Below, in pieces: positions 29,915-43,193 of a stretch of DNA of 64,000 nucleotides (positions are counted from its first letter, which is position 1; each line of letters starts with the position of its first letter). Under the pieces are notes generated by a model that ran no database searches, had not been told where the DNA came from, and worked only from the letters and a program-made list of their open reading frames with translations. The DNA is from the human T2T-CHM13v2.0 reference genome, Homo sapiens, in NCBI RefSeq assembly GCF_009914755.1, contig NC_060937.1. The stretch is one strand, 5' to 3'. The position numbers and the translations under genes are program-made.

Positions 29915-32131
29915 TAACTCTTTAACATTTCATCAGTAATGCCAGGGTTTCCAGGAATTAGTGCCATGATTATTGACAGATGTTTTTGAGACTTAAGCAT
30001 ATTATACCCAACAAAGTGCACTGCTGTTTAAATGTGGTATTGCCTCTTGGTGATTAGTTTCTACAGTGTGGATTTTCATTCTTGATTTTCTATCTCTATC
30101 ACAACTGCTTTAAGCTGGATTATTTACTTGCCTTCTCCATTTTCATTTTGTCTGTTATTTAAAAGATGTGTAATTTGGGAAAATTACATCCTCTCCCATG
30201 GATATAATTTTTATGTTTATAGATTACCCACCTACTCACATAATCTCATATGCCTATTAACATTAAAAAACAAGTTGCATTATTCTCTGATTAAAAGACA
30301 AATTTATTGCTTTGAAAATACAGGGATTATATTCTCACTCTCTCATACAGTAGACCTATACAAAAAAAGAAATATTGAAATGTAACACCTTGCTAGGGTT
30401 TTGCTTTTCCACATTTTTCTTTTAACAAGTTATGCTTTCCTTGAATTTAATGGAGACATCAAACACACATGATCACTCACTCAAACATACACCCATAGGA
30501 TATTTACTTAATACCATTGGTGTTATGGTTATGCTTATGACAAATGATCAGAAGCTTTTCTTTTATATCATACTTACAAGTATGGAAAACTCCATCCTCG
30601 GGAGTAATATAACATATAAATCTATTGTTAAGAATTTCAAAAGACTTTCATCTTATGCTACACACACTTCCAAATTTTTCCCTCAACCCTAATGGGGCTA
30701 GAGAAGAGAAGTTGATCTATTCTATTTTTCTGACTGGCATAGAAGGTAACAAAGGCAATTAAGAACTGGTGATTAAGTCAATCTCTAAAGGATGCCTGCA
30801 TTGAACTTTCTATGGATTCTAAGAAAATCTTAATATTTTGGAAAAATAATCATCATAAGTCAAACCACCTTAAGTCTGGGACTATCCATTTATCCAAAAA
30901 TATGTTGCAATAAAACACCAGAGACCATATGATTTTGTAGAAAAAAAGTCATTTGCAGTCTCTCAACACCAAAAGGAAAACGGTTCATTTACTAAGTGGT
31001 TTTGCTATCAATCTACAGCTTCTTTTTAAACTATACAACAAAATAGTTTCCACGTGTATTGAGAAAAACAATTCATAAAATACATCTGCATACCAATAAA
31101 ATTTGCACTGCATCTGATTGTAGTATTTTAAAGGGCTTTCTAAATGCTATAATAACATAAGAAAGGGTAAATATAATTGATATATAAAGCATAATGTTTA
31201 TATAAAAAACATAGACATTTAAAATACATTGAGAATATGTGAGAACAATTTTGATAATACATTTTGTTAAAATGAGAAAATAATGGAAATGGAGACTTTT
31301 CAAGTGTATTAAGTAACATTAAAATTTCAAAAGTGAATTAGTGAGATGTAGAAGCAGACAGTATATGATTAAACTAGTGCAAATGACCAGTAGCTTTACA
31401 AATAAAAATATAAACATGCTAATAAACGAGCATGTACTGATAAAGGCCAGTCAACTGAACAATGAAGTATCAATTTCCATCTATCTTCTAATTTACATAC
31501 TATAATGACAGTCATTTTTTAAGAAGCCATTTGGAAATACATGTTATGATCCTGTAAGGTATTTATATATTTTGAGTATATGAGAAGGAAAAAATTACTG
31601 ATGCAGCCAGTTTTTAAAATGACTTAATCACTGTCATATTTATAACAAAAATAATTTTATAGAAGCAAATATCTAAAAGGAAAATGTTTAACATCATTTC
31701 AAAAATTTCAAAAGTATATTGGACCATATTAACCATATAAAATAATATTAAGTAGAAAAATAAAAAATAATGCAACAACTAAACTCTCTATTCATCTTGA
31801 CTGAAAATACACACACAAGAGAACAGGAAAACATTATATATGGGTGGATAGGTTCTGCTTGGGCAGTTCTAGAAGCAAATATGAAGTGCTCAGCGACTCC
31901 TAGATGGACAATAGACTTAGCAAGGCTAATAATATATATACTTAATATTATGTGACAATATTTTTGGCAGCACAATTACAGTTTGTAATCAGTAAAAATC
32001 TTACAGTTTTATCATGAATTTCTTATGATTTCTAGGAGCCAACACACATATAGTAACTACAAGGATACCTTACTATCTAGAGCACACCATGTTCTGTTGA
32101 TAGAGCTCTAAAGGTCTTGTTAAAAGAATTG

Positions 32132-32297
32132 GGACATTTTAAACCTGGGTAGTATATTAGAATCACGTGGAAGCTTTTGAAAATGAAGTCTGTCTGGCCT
32201 CACCTGAAACCAATTAATTCATAACATTTAGGAGTAAGGCCAGGTCACAGAATCTCCCTGGGTGATTCTAATTTTCAATTAGGCTTGAAAGAAACTA
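32132..32297. mobile_element. MER5A-like hAT-Charlie DNA transposon remnant
   Basis: attagaatcacgtgg ... ctccctgggtgattctaat, the typical quasi-palindromic MER5 layout. Confidence 0.7.
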
Positions 32298-33268
32298 ACA
32301 CTGAATTATAATCTTTGCTTAGATCCCTGAACTCTTAGACCTTAATGTGACATAGTTGGAACACAGACTCTAAAACTAACATGTCAAGTCAACCCTTAGA
32401 CTCTATTTCTTCTAATCCAAAGCATCTTCAAGCCCCCAAGAGAAGGAGTAAAGATGCATACAGGGAGATATAAGGCTGTAGAGATGAAAAATCACCTCTC
32501 CAGTAGTGCCCAAGACAGCTGGCGTCCAGATTGAAGCTGATCACATGGCAGGGTAGCAGCAAGAAAAGAGGAGGGCTAAGGAAGCTTACAGTTACGTGAG
32601 TCTTGGAAAGGTTTTCCTGTTATTCTGCACTCTGTAATCCTTCAGTCTTCTACTGTTTTACAAACTAGTAGACCAAGATAAAAGTGCATCAGAAATCATG
32701 TGTTTCCATTAAATTTCTTTGAATTTCTGGCTAACCAGCTCAAGCCGTGGCTGAAAAACAGACTGATTACTTGTAAAAAAAAAAAAAAAAAACTAAACTG
32801 AGTTTCAGTTCAAACGAACAGGGCTTTTCTAAGGTAAATTATACCTGCATAAACCTGCATAGTTGAGTGACTTTTTGCTTCAATGAAGAGAAAAAATATC
32901 TAAAATACACATATATTTTATGAAGGAATAATAGAAACTGTATACCTTTGAATCCCTGGGGTAGAAGTCTTGTAATTTAGCCCCAATTTTCCCCTCTAAA
33001 CTACCCATAATGCTTGCTAAGATCTGAGTTTCAGGCACTTTTGGCAACAGTGTTATATTTGAGGTGTTTGTATATAATTGACATTATTGATAAAATATTG
33101 TGTGGGGGCCTATTTTTCCCATAGTAGAAAAAAAACACTAAACATCTTAGAATATACTTAATTTGATATAAAGCAAGGGATCTAATTTTTCTCAATGTTT
33201 ACTTCCTTTAAAGCAACTACTTCATTTAGAACAACTTCCTTTGAGCAGTATATATAAATAAATATATA

Positions 33269-33935
33269 TGTCAGGTTCTAATTGAGATCCGAGGGGAGTC
33301 AGTGTGCGAGTGGCAGGTAGCTGGAAGAGCACTCAAGGAATCGTAGAGTCTCCAGCCATGTCCAGCTCTCTGCAGATGCTGGATGTATCTGCCAAGGCAA
33401 GCAGCAGCTGCTGCTGGAAGGGGGAAAGTGCAGATCCAACAGTTGGAAACATGGGTCACCTCAGCATAGGTGTGGGCCCCGGCCACAATGCAGTTGAAGC
33501 ATGTTAACCTACAGTCTAAATGTCAGAGCAGGCACAGGTACTAACAGAAGTAGATCACATCCCTCAGGCAAAATACAGGCTAACTTTCCATCCCTGATGG
33601 AAACAATGCAACTGCCTGGATAACAATGCAACTGGATAACAATGCAACTGCCAAGGGCTTTGCCCTGAGTAATGGTACCACACCTTCTCAGCTCCCCATG
33701 GTTCCTTTGAGTCCTGTTTCTGTGCCAAAGTCATGGGGGAGCTCATAATAGGCCACACAGACAGTATATATGTCCCCCAGAGGAGGGTTTCTTCTCTGGT
33801 CATTCCCCTATGAGCAGTCAACCACGGGTGCCATGTATTGAATTGAATACCCAGGGAGTGACATGCAAGCCATACTGTAGGCCCTCCCCACAGGGAGCTA
33901 CAGTGGCCAACCACCAACAGTGGGGTCTCAGAGGA
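33269..33935 (-). mobile_element. HERV-S/HERVL18-like relic: pol C-terminus and env N-terminus fused to the last ~80 bp of an LTR18-like LTR
   Basis: GC-rich island. 33269-33349 resembles the reverse complement of the LTR18 3' end. The minus-strand peptide HTYAEVTHVSNCWICT carries the env SU CxxC motif (33430-33441). Confidence 0.75.
33602..33650. repeat. Three copies of aacaatgcaactg
   Basis: Copies start at 33602, 33622 and 33638. Confidence 0.9.
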
Positions 33936-34301
33936 TAATAATTTTTGTTTTATTGTTTTATCTCTGAATATTAGCAAACTGTGTAGTGTCTTAGTATATT
34001 TCACAATTTGTCTTGACTAAGTAATCACGAACAGCAGAAATTGGAGAGCATTGTTAATAAGTAGTTGCTTTCTTGGAATTATAGCCTAACCTGTTAGAAT
34101 TTGGTATTATGTCAACCTTTTTCATAAAGTCTGAGAATCCAAATTCACATCAATTGGTTTGAAACTGTCTAATTTCTCTTGTTACAATAACAAACAACAA
34201 CAACAACAACAAATCAAGCCTTCTGTGCCTGGGACAACAGTTAGCTGAGTAAGTCTATGTCCTTATCAGGATTTAATGAATAGCTGTTAGTTGAAGATAC
34301 A

Positions 34302-34574
34302 TTTTTTTTTCTTCAGACGGAGTCTCGCTCTGTCCCCCAGTCTGGAGTGCAGTGGCATAATCTTGTCTCAGTGCAACCTCCGCCTCCAGGGTTCAAGCGA
34401 TTATCCCACCTCAGCCTCCTGAGTAGCTGCGATTACAGGTGTCTGCCACCACGCCCGACGAATTTTTGTATTTTTAGTAGAAATGGGGTTTCACCATGTT
34501 GAACCAGGCTGGTTTCAAACTTCTGACCTCAGGTTATCCGCCCACCTTGGCCTCCCAAAGTGCTGGGATTACAG
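34302..34574 (-). mobile_element. AluS (Sx-like), missing about 20 nt at the 5' end
   Basis: Antisense dimeric Alu ending at gggattacag, with aagatac on both flanks. Confidence 0.93.
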
Positions 34575-36319
34575 TAAAGATACTTTTCATACTCAGAAGT
34601 ATGTGAGCATTAAAATCTCCACTGGCACTCATATTAATACAGCTATTACTTTTTAAAAATATAAATGATTTTACTTCGTATGGAAGACCTGAGATAATTG
34701 AGGGTTGAGGAAACATCTTTTTTCTATCTGCTCAGCATCTGTGCATCTGACTTCTATATATGATTTTAAATATTGAGATAAAGAATAGTAATAACATACC
34801 ACTTTATATTTGGTTTTAAAAATTATATAAATTCCCAGGTTTTTTTTTTCTTCGTGAAAGCTAGAGGCCCAGTAAACTGTTACTCTTACTGTCTCCTGTC
34901 ACATCCTTTCTCATAAAAGCGATTTTTTTCCTTACATGTCAGATCTTCACTTTAGAGAGAGCTGAAATTGTAAAAATTCTGTAATTTGAGTAAATTTATT
35001 AAGTGGTTACTAACAAAATTAGGAGGATAGTTTTTAACAATTGTTCAACATGGAAAAGTAAGCTTCCCTGTAGAAAATGTAAAAATAAAAAAATGCATAT
35101 TAACATTTGGTTAACGAATAGATGCTATGCTCTTATTAGTAAATAATAATAATAATAATAACGGCTAATGCTCTTCTGGGGCCTTCTACACTCTAACTGA
35201 TTTTATTAGTCTCATATCACCTCCTGAGATCGGTCAGTGGTCATCTGCATTAGAAGGATTCACCCAGATCTTGAGGTTGAGGGGTGATGAAGGAAGGCAC
35301 GATTCTGCAGTACTATCTCATGAGCTAACTCAGATACATTGAGTTTGAATGTGTTGACCTGCAAAGCTAACAATTTTATTTTAAAAATTCTAAGGTAAAT
35401 CTATTTTTGTAAAACTAAAGTTTTAAGCAGCATTTTTTAACTTTACTTATCCTATTTTCCAAAATAACAGCTTACCTGCCCAATAGATGAAAAAGTAGAA
35501 GAGAAATTCAATTTTTGTCTGAATAATTTCCATGTCCCTGAGTTGAGTTTAACCAGAGATAAAGAACAGTGCTCTTAATTTATTTTTTACTTTTAATTAC
35601 AAATAATTTTCTAATTTTCATTCTCTTTTCAAAGTTTCTTTTAAAACTTTAATTTTCAATCTACAGATAAGGCTTATACTACTTTTTAAATAAAAAATAA
35701 CCTTAAAGTTTTATAGTTGTAAATTACAAATGCTTTCAATTAAAAGGAAATTTTATTCACAAGCTTTAAAACAAAGAACTAGAGAGTTATAAAGTTGCAT
35801 AAGATTGTACAATATCAGGAAAATTGGATTTTAATCCAAAAATCACTTAATGTTTCTTGGTAAATTAAACTCCTCTGGAAGAAATTGAATTTTTAATGGT
35901 TTTAGTTTAAACATGACTATATATTTTATTCATTTTGCAATAGTGCACTTAATACAGAGCAAAATGGGCAATAAGCAAGACATTTAATTCACACAGACAA
36001 TTGAATTTACCACAAATGCTAAAATGGGTGACTCTTTCTAAAGACCATATATTTACTTTGTAACCCAGGTAAGTTGTTATCTACACTAGTATTTGGAAGA
36101 CAGTTAGATTTATTTTTAAATTCTTATAGTTAAAATAAGTAGTTTCTTCAAATAAGTTTTTGTAAAACACAATACTGCAATTATATGCATTTTAAATGTT
36201 CTATTATATTTAGACATTCTAGATCTGTCTCTATGTACAATTTCTAATATTCCTGTAACCTATTTTAGTATAAACTTTTTAAAATTTGCTTTTAATAGTG
36301 ATATGGATATATTTTCTTT

Positions 36320-37072
36320 TTTTTTTTTTTTTTTTTTTTATTATACTCTAAGTTTTAGGGTACATGTGCACATTGTGCAGGTTAGTTACATATGTATACA
36401 TGTGCCATGCTGGTGCGCTGCACCCACTAATGTGTCATCTAGCATTAGGTATATCTCCCAATGCTATCCCTCCCCCCTCCCCCGACCCCACCACAGTCCC
36501 CAGAGTGTGATATTCCCCTTCCTGTGTCCATGTGATCTCATTGTTCAATTCCCACCTATGAGTGAGAATATGCGGTGTTTGGTTTTTTGTTCTTGCGATA
36601 GTTTACTGAGAATGATGGTTTCCAATTTCATCCATGTCCCTACAAAGGATATGAACTCATCATTTTTTATGGCTGCATAGTATTCCATGGTGTATATGTG
36701 CCACATTTTCTTAATCCAGTCTATCATTGTTGGACATTTGGGTTGGTTCCAAGTCTTTGCTATTGTGAATAGTGCCGCAATAAACATACGTGTGCATGTG
36801 TCTTTATAGCAGCATGATTTATACTCATTTGGGTATATACCCAGTAATGGGATGGCTGGGTCAAATGGTATTTCTAGTTCTAGATCCCTGAGGAATCGCC
36901 ACACTGACTTCCACAATGGTTGAACTAGTTTACAGTCCCACCAACAGTGTAAAAGTGTTCCTATTTCTCCGCATCCTCTCCAGCACCTGTTGTTTCCTGA
37001 CTTTTTAATGATTGCCATTCTAACTGGTGTGAGATGATATCTCATAGTGGTTTTGATTTGCATTTCTCTGAT
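36320..37072 (-). mobile_element. 5'-truncated L1HS, Ta-1 subfamily
   Basis: Ta 'ACA' (tgt at 36431-36433), 3'UTR 'G' (c at 36348) and Ta-1 T/G pair (a36827, c36824; peptide GIYPNEYK). Pure poly(A) tail. TSD atattttcttt (36309-36319 and 37071-37081). ORF2 C-terminus is open at 36545-37063. Confidence 0.95.
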
Positions 37073-37640
37073 ATTTTCTTTAACTCTAATTCCTTTAAGT
37101 AATTTGGGAAAATACGATACTAATGAAATTTAGGTAAAGACTTTTGAAAAGATGAAATGTACATTTTTTTCCAATTTATAATGAAATAATTACCACTAAT
37201 TGATGTATACATATTGATACTTAATATGTTTGCATATGTGGATATGAATATAATGAGTAGCCAGTTAATTTTAGAACATAGTGTTAGAAATTATGATCAA
37301 TCAGTGTTTCCATCATTGTATAATTGCTTTTGTTTAAAATTCATCTACTTTCCTGCTTTAATCAATGATGAAAGAAGTTATACTAAAACCTAATTGTAGC
37401 AAAAAGTATTTTTAACTATATGTAGAATATCAACTTTTAAAAATCAAGGCACTTAACTTTCTATGGTATAAATTTTAGCAGAAGTTTGTTATTAAATTCA
37501 AGAAATAGGACAGATGTTATTTAGAAACAGATTTTTGAGTCACTGTATTAAAAAGTGCTCAGGGTTATAAAACTTTGAATATAAACACACCACTCATTAT
37601 AATAATAATAGCATCATAATTCTAGAAATACTGGTTGCTA

Positions 37641-38725
37641 TCTGTCTCTTTGATATGCTGATTTCTTTTCCTTTAGATAAATACCCAGTAGTGGAATGGC
37701 TGGATTTTGTGGTAGTTCTATTTTTAATTTTTTGAGAAATCTTCATACTTTTTTCTATAGTGGCTGTACTAATTTACATTCCCATGAACAATGTATAAGA
37801 GATGTCTTTTCTCTGCATCCTTGCCAGCAGATGTTATTTTTTGTATTTTTAATAATAACCATTCTAACTGGGGTAAGATGATAACTCATTGTGGTTTTGA
37901 TTTGCATTTCCCTGATAATTAGTGATGTTGAGTATTTTTTCATACACAATTTGGCCATTGTATGTCTTATTTTGAGAAATGTCTATTTGTGTCCTTTCCC
38001 CACTTTTTAATGGGATTTTTTTTTTCTGTTGAGGTTTTTCAGTTCCTTGTATATTCTGGGTATTAGTGCCTTCTCAGATAAATAGTTTACAAATACTTCC
38101 TACCATTCAACGTGTTGTCTGTTCCCTTTGTTTATGGTATCCTTTGCTGAGCAGAAGCTTTTTACTTTAATATAGCAAACATATGGAATCAACTTGTGTC
38201 CATCAACAGCCAAATGGATAAAGTAAATGTGTTATATATACACAATGGAATTCTATTTGGCCATAAAAATAATGAAATCATGGCATTTGCAGCATCATGA
38301 ATGTCCCTGAAGGTCATGAAAATAGCCAGACACAGAATGACAAATTCCACATGTTTTTACTCATATAAGAACTAAAACAGTTGATCTCCTGTTGGTAGAG
38401 AGTAGAATGACATATATTAGAGGATGGAAAAAGTGTGTGGGTGGGAGGGGTTGATGAAGAGAAGTTGGTCAATGGGTACAAACATGTAGTTAGATAGAAG
38501 GTATAAGTTCTAATGTTAGCAGAGTAGGCTAAATAGAGTTAGCAGTAATGTATTGTATATTTCAAAGTAGCTAGAAGAGAGAATTTGAAATGTTCCTAAT
38601 ACATAGGAATGATCCTCAAGGTGAGAGATATCCCAAATACCCTGACTTGATCTTTATATTCTATGTACGTAAAATAGCCAAATGTACCCTATAAATATGT
38701 AAAATATAATGTATCAATTAAATAA
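37641..38725 (+). mobile_element. 5'-inverted (twin-primed) L1MA: inverted part 37641-38175, sense 3' end 38172-38725
   Basis: An antisense ORF2 segment joins the L1MA4/5-type sense 3' end at a shared atag. Degenerate TSD aaatactgg (37626) / aaatgctgg (38732). Confidence 0.85.
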
Positions 38726-38959
38726 TTTTAAAAATGCTGGGTATTGCCATTAATAAAATAAGTTTTAAATACTTAATTTCTCTTTACTTTATTCTAAATT
38801 TTTATTTTTATATATTTTATCACATGCATAATATACAGTTATATGCTAGAACGTATTTATAATAAACATGTACTATTTACATGGCTGAATATGAGCAGTA
38901 AAGAAAATATTCTTTAAAAATAATTTAAACTATTTATTAATTAATCAACTCATCATATT

Positions 38960-39250
38960 TTTCTGTAATTTCCAGAGGAGCAGGGACCTTTGCTAGTTTT
39001 GGTCTCTGATGCATCCTAAAAACCCTAAAAGATATGTGGTAAGCATTCAAAAGGCTTTGTGGAAATACAAACAAAATTGCGTTTAAAAGTTTCATGGTGG
39101 TTGCTGTATATATATATTTTGATCTATAGTATTTGATCAACCAAAATTTATTCATCCATTTCCCTATCTAGGGACATTTGAGTTGATTCCAATTGCTTGT
39201 TATTACAATGGATGCTGTTATGAACATCTTTGTACATGTATCTATGAACA
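38960..39250. mobile_element. L2 3' end (+) followed by an L1ME-type fragment (-)
   Basis: ccagaggagcagggacctttg (L2 tail-like); tattcatccatttccctatctagggacatttgagttgattcca (antisense L1). Confidence 0.6.
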
Positions 39251-41637
39251 ACCAAACGAAAATCATAAGAAAGTATATTTACTTACTTGTTGGTTGTTCT
39301 TACCTCATTGAGTCAAATCAATGCATATTTTCATGAAAGTATACTCATGGAGCTCAAGCTACATACTGCCAAGAAATTTTGAGATGTAGGTAAGTGGCCT
39401 TCATGTGTATCGTCCCATGTTATAGGTAGTTATTTCATTTTACAGATATATGTTATTATTCAATATTAACATATCTATAAAATGTTATTATCTATAATAT
39501 ATTTTTGATTCCCATCAAAAACTTTGTATAATGAGGTAAAGACTTGTTAAGCTCCCAGTCTCAGTATTTCTGTGATCCATCCTCTAAACTATTTAATTGG
39601 TATCTCCAGGCGTCATTTATCAGGCGAAGTGAAATGCAGCCTGTTTCATACTGTCCTTCATTGTCTTACATATAGACTGTTCAATTCTAAAGGAAATAGG
39701 GATGAGTATATGAAAACAATTAAAAGTAAAGAACAAAAACATGTTAAAGGACCATCCAAAATAAAAACAAAAATATAAAACAATTGAAATGCTTAACAGA
39801 TTTACCCATTAACATGAAAAGTATTTATTTCTAACTATTCGTGGAACAAATAGAAAAAGAACAGAACCACATGAAAGTAGGAGTAATTTGTTTTCTTCAA
39901 AATTTTTAACAGTTTGATTAGCACTGGTCAATTTTTGTGTTTTTCTTGCTGAGGCAGCAGACATCCATACCACAAAACATAAATGAGTGAAATTTGACTT
40001 ATAAAACATGTTAAGAACAGATGTTACCAGATACTTAGTCATAGAAGAAACAGTGGTCCCATTAACATTTGACATAGATTTATATTTTGCTTACTGGGTT
40101 GAAATTTGTATTTTATAATTCTAGTAGTAGAAATACATTTGATTAATAACAGGCAAACGTGAATTTAATATAAGACGTCACAGTTGGGTTAAATCATTTG
40201 TTAGAATTCATAATTAAAGCCTATAAATATAATATATTCTTTAGCCCCTTCATTTAACATTAATATAAAATGTTATCTCAATGATTCATTATTTAGTATG
40301 ATGTTTTAAATAATATCTAAGGAAAAAATAGTTTATAAACATAGGATGGTAGTGTTGATTATGAGGTCAGTAGATGCTATTTCTTTGTTGGGATGACATC
40401 TGATTCAAGGGCTAAATCACTTTCCCTCAAGTGAAAGCTCAAGAAGGGCTCCAGAGGCAATTTCTGTTTTACAAATTTAATCATATTAGAGACATTTTTG
40501 CTCTTTAGTTCTTCTCAAATTCCAAATTATGCATGTGGGTCTAGAAACCCATAAACATGACTGGCAACCAGTATATTCTGAAAGTAAAAATAATCTTATG
40601 TAACATATACATTATTAAATAACCAATTTTCAACTACTATTTAGCAATATAAGTAAATTTTATTTATACATTCTATTTCCAACTAACAGTCTTAGACTTT
40701 TTTAACTGTGTTAAAAAAGTACACATTGTTTTCAACTGTGTACATATTGATAATTTTAAGTTTAGAAGACTGTCAATCATATTCTAGACATTTGAATAAA
40801 AAGCACATAGAAGGCTGGATATACACACTAGCATGTATCTGTCTAGCCCTATCACTTACTAATCTCAGATAGAATAGTAGGTTTACAAGAACTACTTCTA
40901 ATTGTACTTCACAAAAGTTATCTAAGTTAATGGTGTTGCCTTATTACAGAATAATAATTTATATTATCTACAAAGTAAACTGTATTTGAAATAAAGCCAA
41001 TACGGTAAAAAATTAAAATTAAATATATTTTGTTCAATATTTAAATGAGGGCAAAGAATCGTTAGGGAGTAATGATAGTTGTACAAAGTTTGAGTGTAAG
41101 TGACACTTCAGTGTTTTGGCTGTAGCAGAGACATTGCTAGGATGTTTCACAGAGAATTACTAGGGTGCTGGCTCAATGACCTAAGGTTCTGATTTTGGTG
41201 AGATAACTATCTCACTCACATAATTTATATAATTGAGTGGGGAAGGGGCAAATTTTAGTCTTCGGTGAGAGTCAACAGATCTACAAACCAAACCAGCATG
41301 TAGCAATAAGAAAGTAATTGTTCCTCAGTTTCAGTTCGAGCTAGAGTCCTGGCTTCCTGTTTGTTTGTAGAGTTTTTTAATATGAATTTTAATATGTGAT
41401 GATGGGGTAAGGGTTAGAAAGCCATGAAGAGCGCTATAAAGAAGAAAAAGAATAATGTGAGCTGAGAACAAATATAGTCATGCTCTCATTTCAGTTTTCT
41501 TTTGACTCACCATTAAGTTGGATTTATCATACCCCAGTTTTCAAAAAGCAAGTTGGTTCTATTACAATTTCAGTGCTCCTGCAAACTTGGGGAATAATAC
41601 CTGCGCCTACATTTACATCTGATTCTATATATCTTCA

Positions 41638-41660
41638 TCTCTCACTCTCTCTCTCTCTCT

Positions 41661-41700
<40 letters not shown>
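41638..41700. repeat. (CT)n(TA)n microsatellite
   Basis: Directly visible. Confidence 0.95.
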
Positions 41701-41703
<3 letters not shown>

Positions 41704-41875
41704 GAAATCTTTAGTCTCAAAAGTATATATAAACTAGCTATAGAAATACAATTTTTGCATATACAAAAATATTTCTTTTTCAGAGATAAACAATTTATTA
41801 ACAGATAAGCATATTAGAACCACAAAACACCAAAAACAGGACATTGATACTTTTCAATATAAAAAATTATAATGT

Positions 41876-42938
41876 GTGTCTAAAACACCAAAAGCAATGG
41901 CAACAAAAGCCAAAATTGACAAATGGGATCTAATTAAACTAAAGAGCTTCTGCACAGCAAAAGAAACTACCATCAGAGTAAACAGGCGACCTACAGAATG
42001 GGAGAAATTTTTGCAACCTACTCATCTGACAAAGGGCTAATATCCAGAATCTACAATGAACTCAAACAAATTTACAAGAAAAAAACAAACATCCCCATCA
42101 AAAAGTGGGTGAAGGATATGAACAGACACTTCTCAAAAGAAGACATTTATGCAGCCAAAAGACACATGAAAAAATGCTCATCATCACTGGCCATCAGAGA
42201 AATGCAAATCAAAACCACAATGAGATACCATCTCATACCAGTTAGAATGGTGATCATTAAAAAGTCAGGAAACAACAGGTGCTGGAGAGGATGTGGAGAA
42301 ATAGGAACACTTCTACACTGTTGGTGGGACTGTAAACTAGTTCAACCATTGTGGAAGTCAGTGTGGCGATTCCTCAGGGATCTAGAACTAGAAATACCAT
42401 TTGACCCAGCCATCCCATTACTGGGTATATACCCAAAGGATTATAAAACATGCTGCTATAAAGACACATGCACACATATGTTTATCGTGGCACTATTCAC
42501 AATAGCAAAGACTTGGAACCAACCCAAATGTCCAACAATGATAGACTGGATTAAGAAAATGTGGCACATATACACCATGGAATACTATGCAGCCATAAAA
42601 AATGATGAGTTCATGTCCTTTGTAGGGACATGGATGAAGCTGGAAACCATCATTCTCAGAAAACTATTGCAAGAACAAAAATCCAAACACTGCATGTTCT
42701 CACTCATAGGTGGGAATTGAACAATGAGAACACATGGACACAGGAAGGGGAACATCATACACAGGGGCCTGTTGTGGGGTGGGGGGAGGGGGGAGGGATT
42801 GCATTAGGAGATATACCTGATGTTAAATGAAGAGTTAATGGGTGCAGCACACCAATATGGCACATGTATACATATGTAACAAACCTGCATGTTGTGCACA
42901 TGTACCCTAAAACTTAAAGTATAATAAAAAATAAAAAA
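41876..42938 (+). mobile_element. 5'-truncated L1PA (L1PA3-5, probably PA4)
   Basis: ORF2 C-terminus is open at 41998-42720 (..SLIGGN), followed by an L1PA 3'UTR with G-tract and an A-tail. 17-bp TSD ataaaaaattataatgt (41859-41875 and 42939-42955). Confidence 0.95.
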
Positions 42939-43193
42939 ATAAAAAATTATAATGTATTATTTTACTGAAACTATATTTTATCCTGTCAATATCTACAAAA
43001 ATTTAGCCTAGTGAAAATGGCTTTTCTTATTTGATAAAATCAAATATATTTAAAGTAAAAGTATATTTAAAGTAAGAATTTTGGGGATTTAACTATGGCT
43101 GCTTTCAAACAGATTGAATTCTACAGTAGGGTTATACTTTGGGCAGTTTACTTTTGTAAAGGATGAATACAATCAATTACACATAATGTTTTA

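Noticed and set aside
33602-33650. Short repeat-spacer pattern as CRISPR-like
   Set aside because: Only three 13-mers with 3-7 nt gaps inside an ERV relic in human DNA; this is slippage duplication.
41998-42720. The 240-aa ORF (and the 172-aa ORF at 36545-37063) as host genes
   Set aside because: Both are L1 ORF2 C-termini inside truncated, promoterless elements.
43045-43075. Short tandem duplication (tatatttaaagtaa twice); also tggacttaaa twice at 52379-52399
   Set aside because: Ordinary slippage events in AT-rich DNA.
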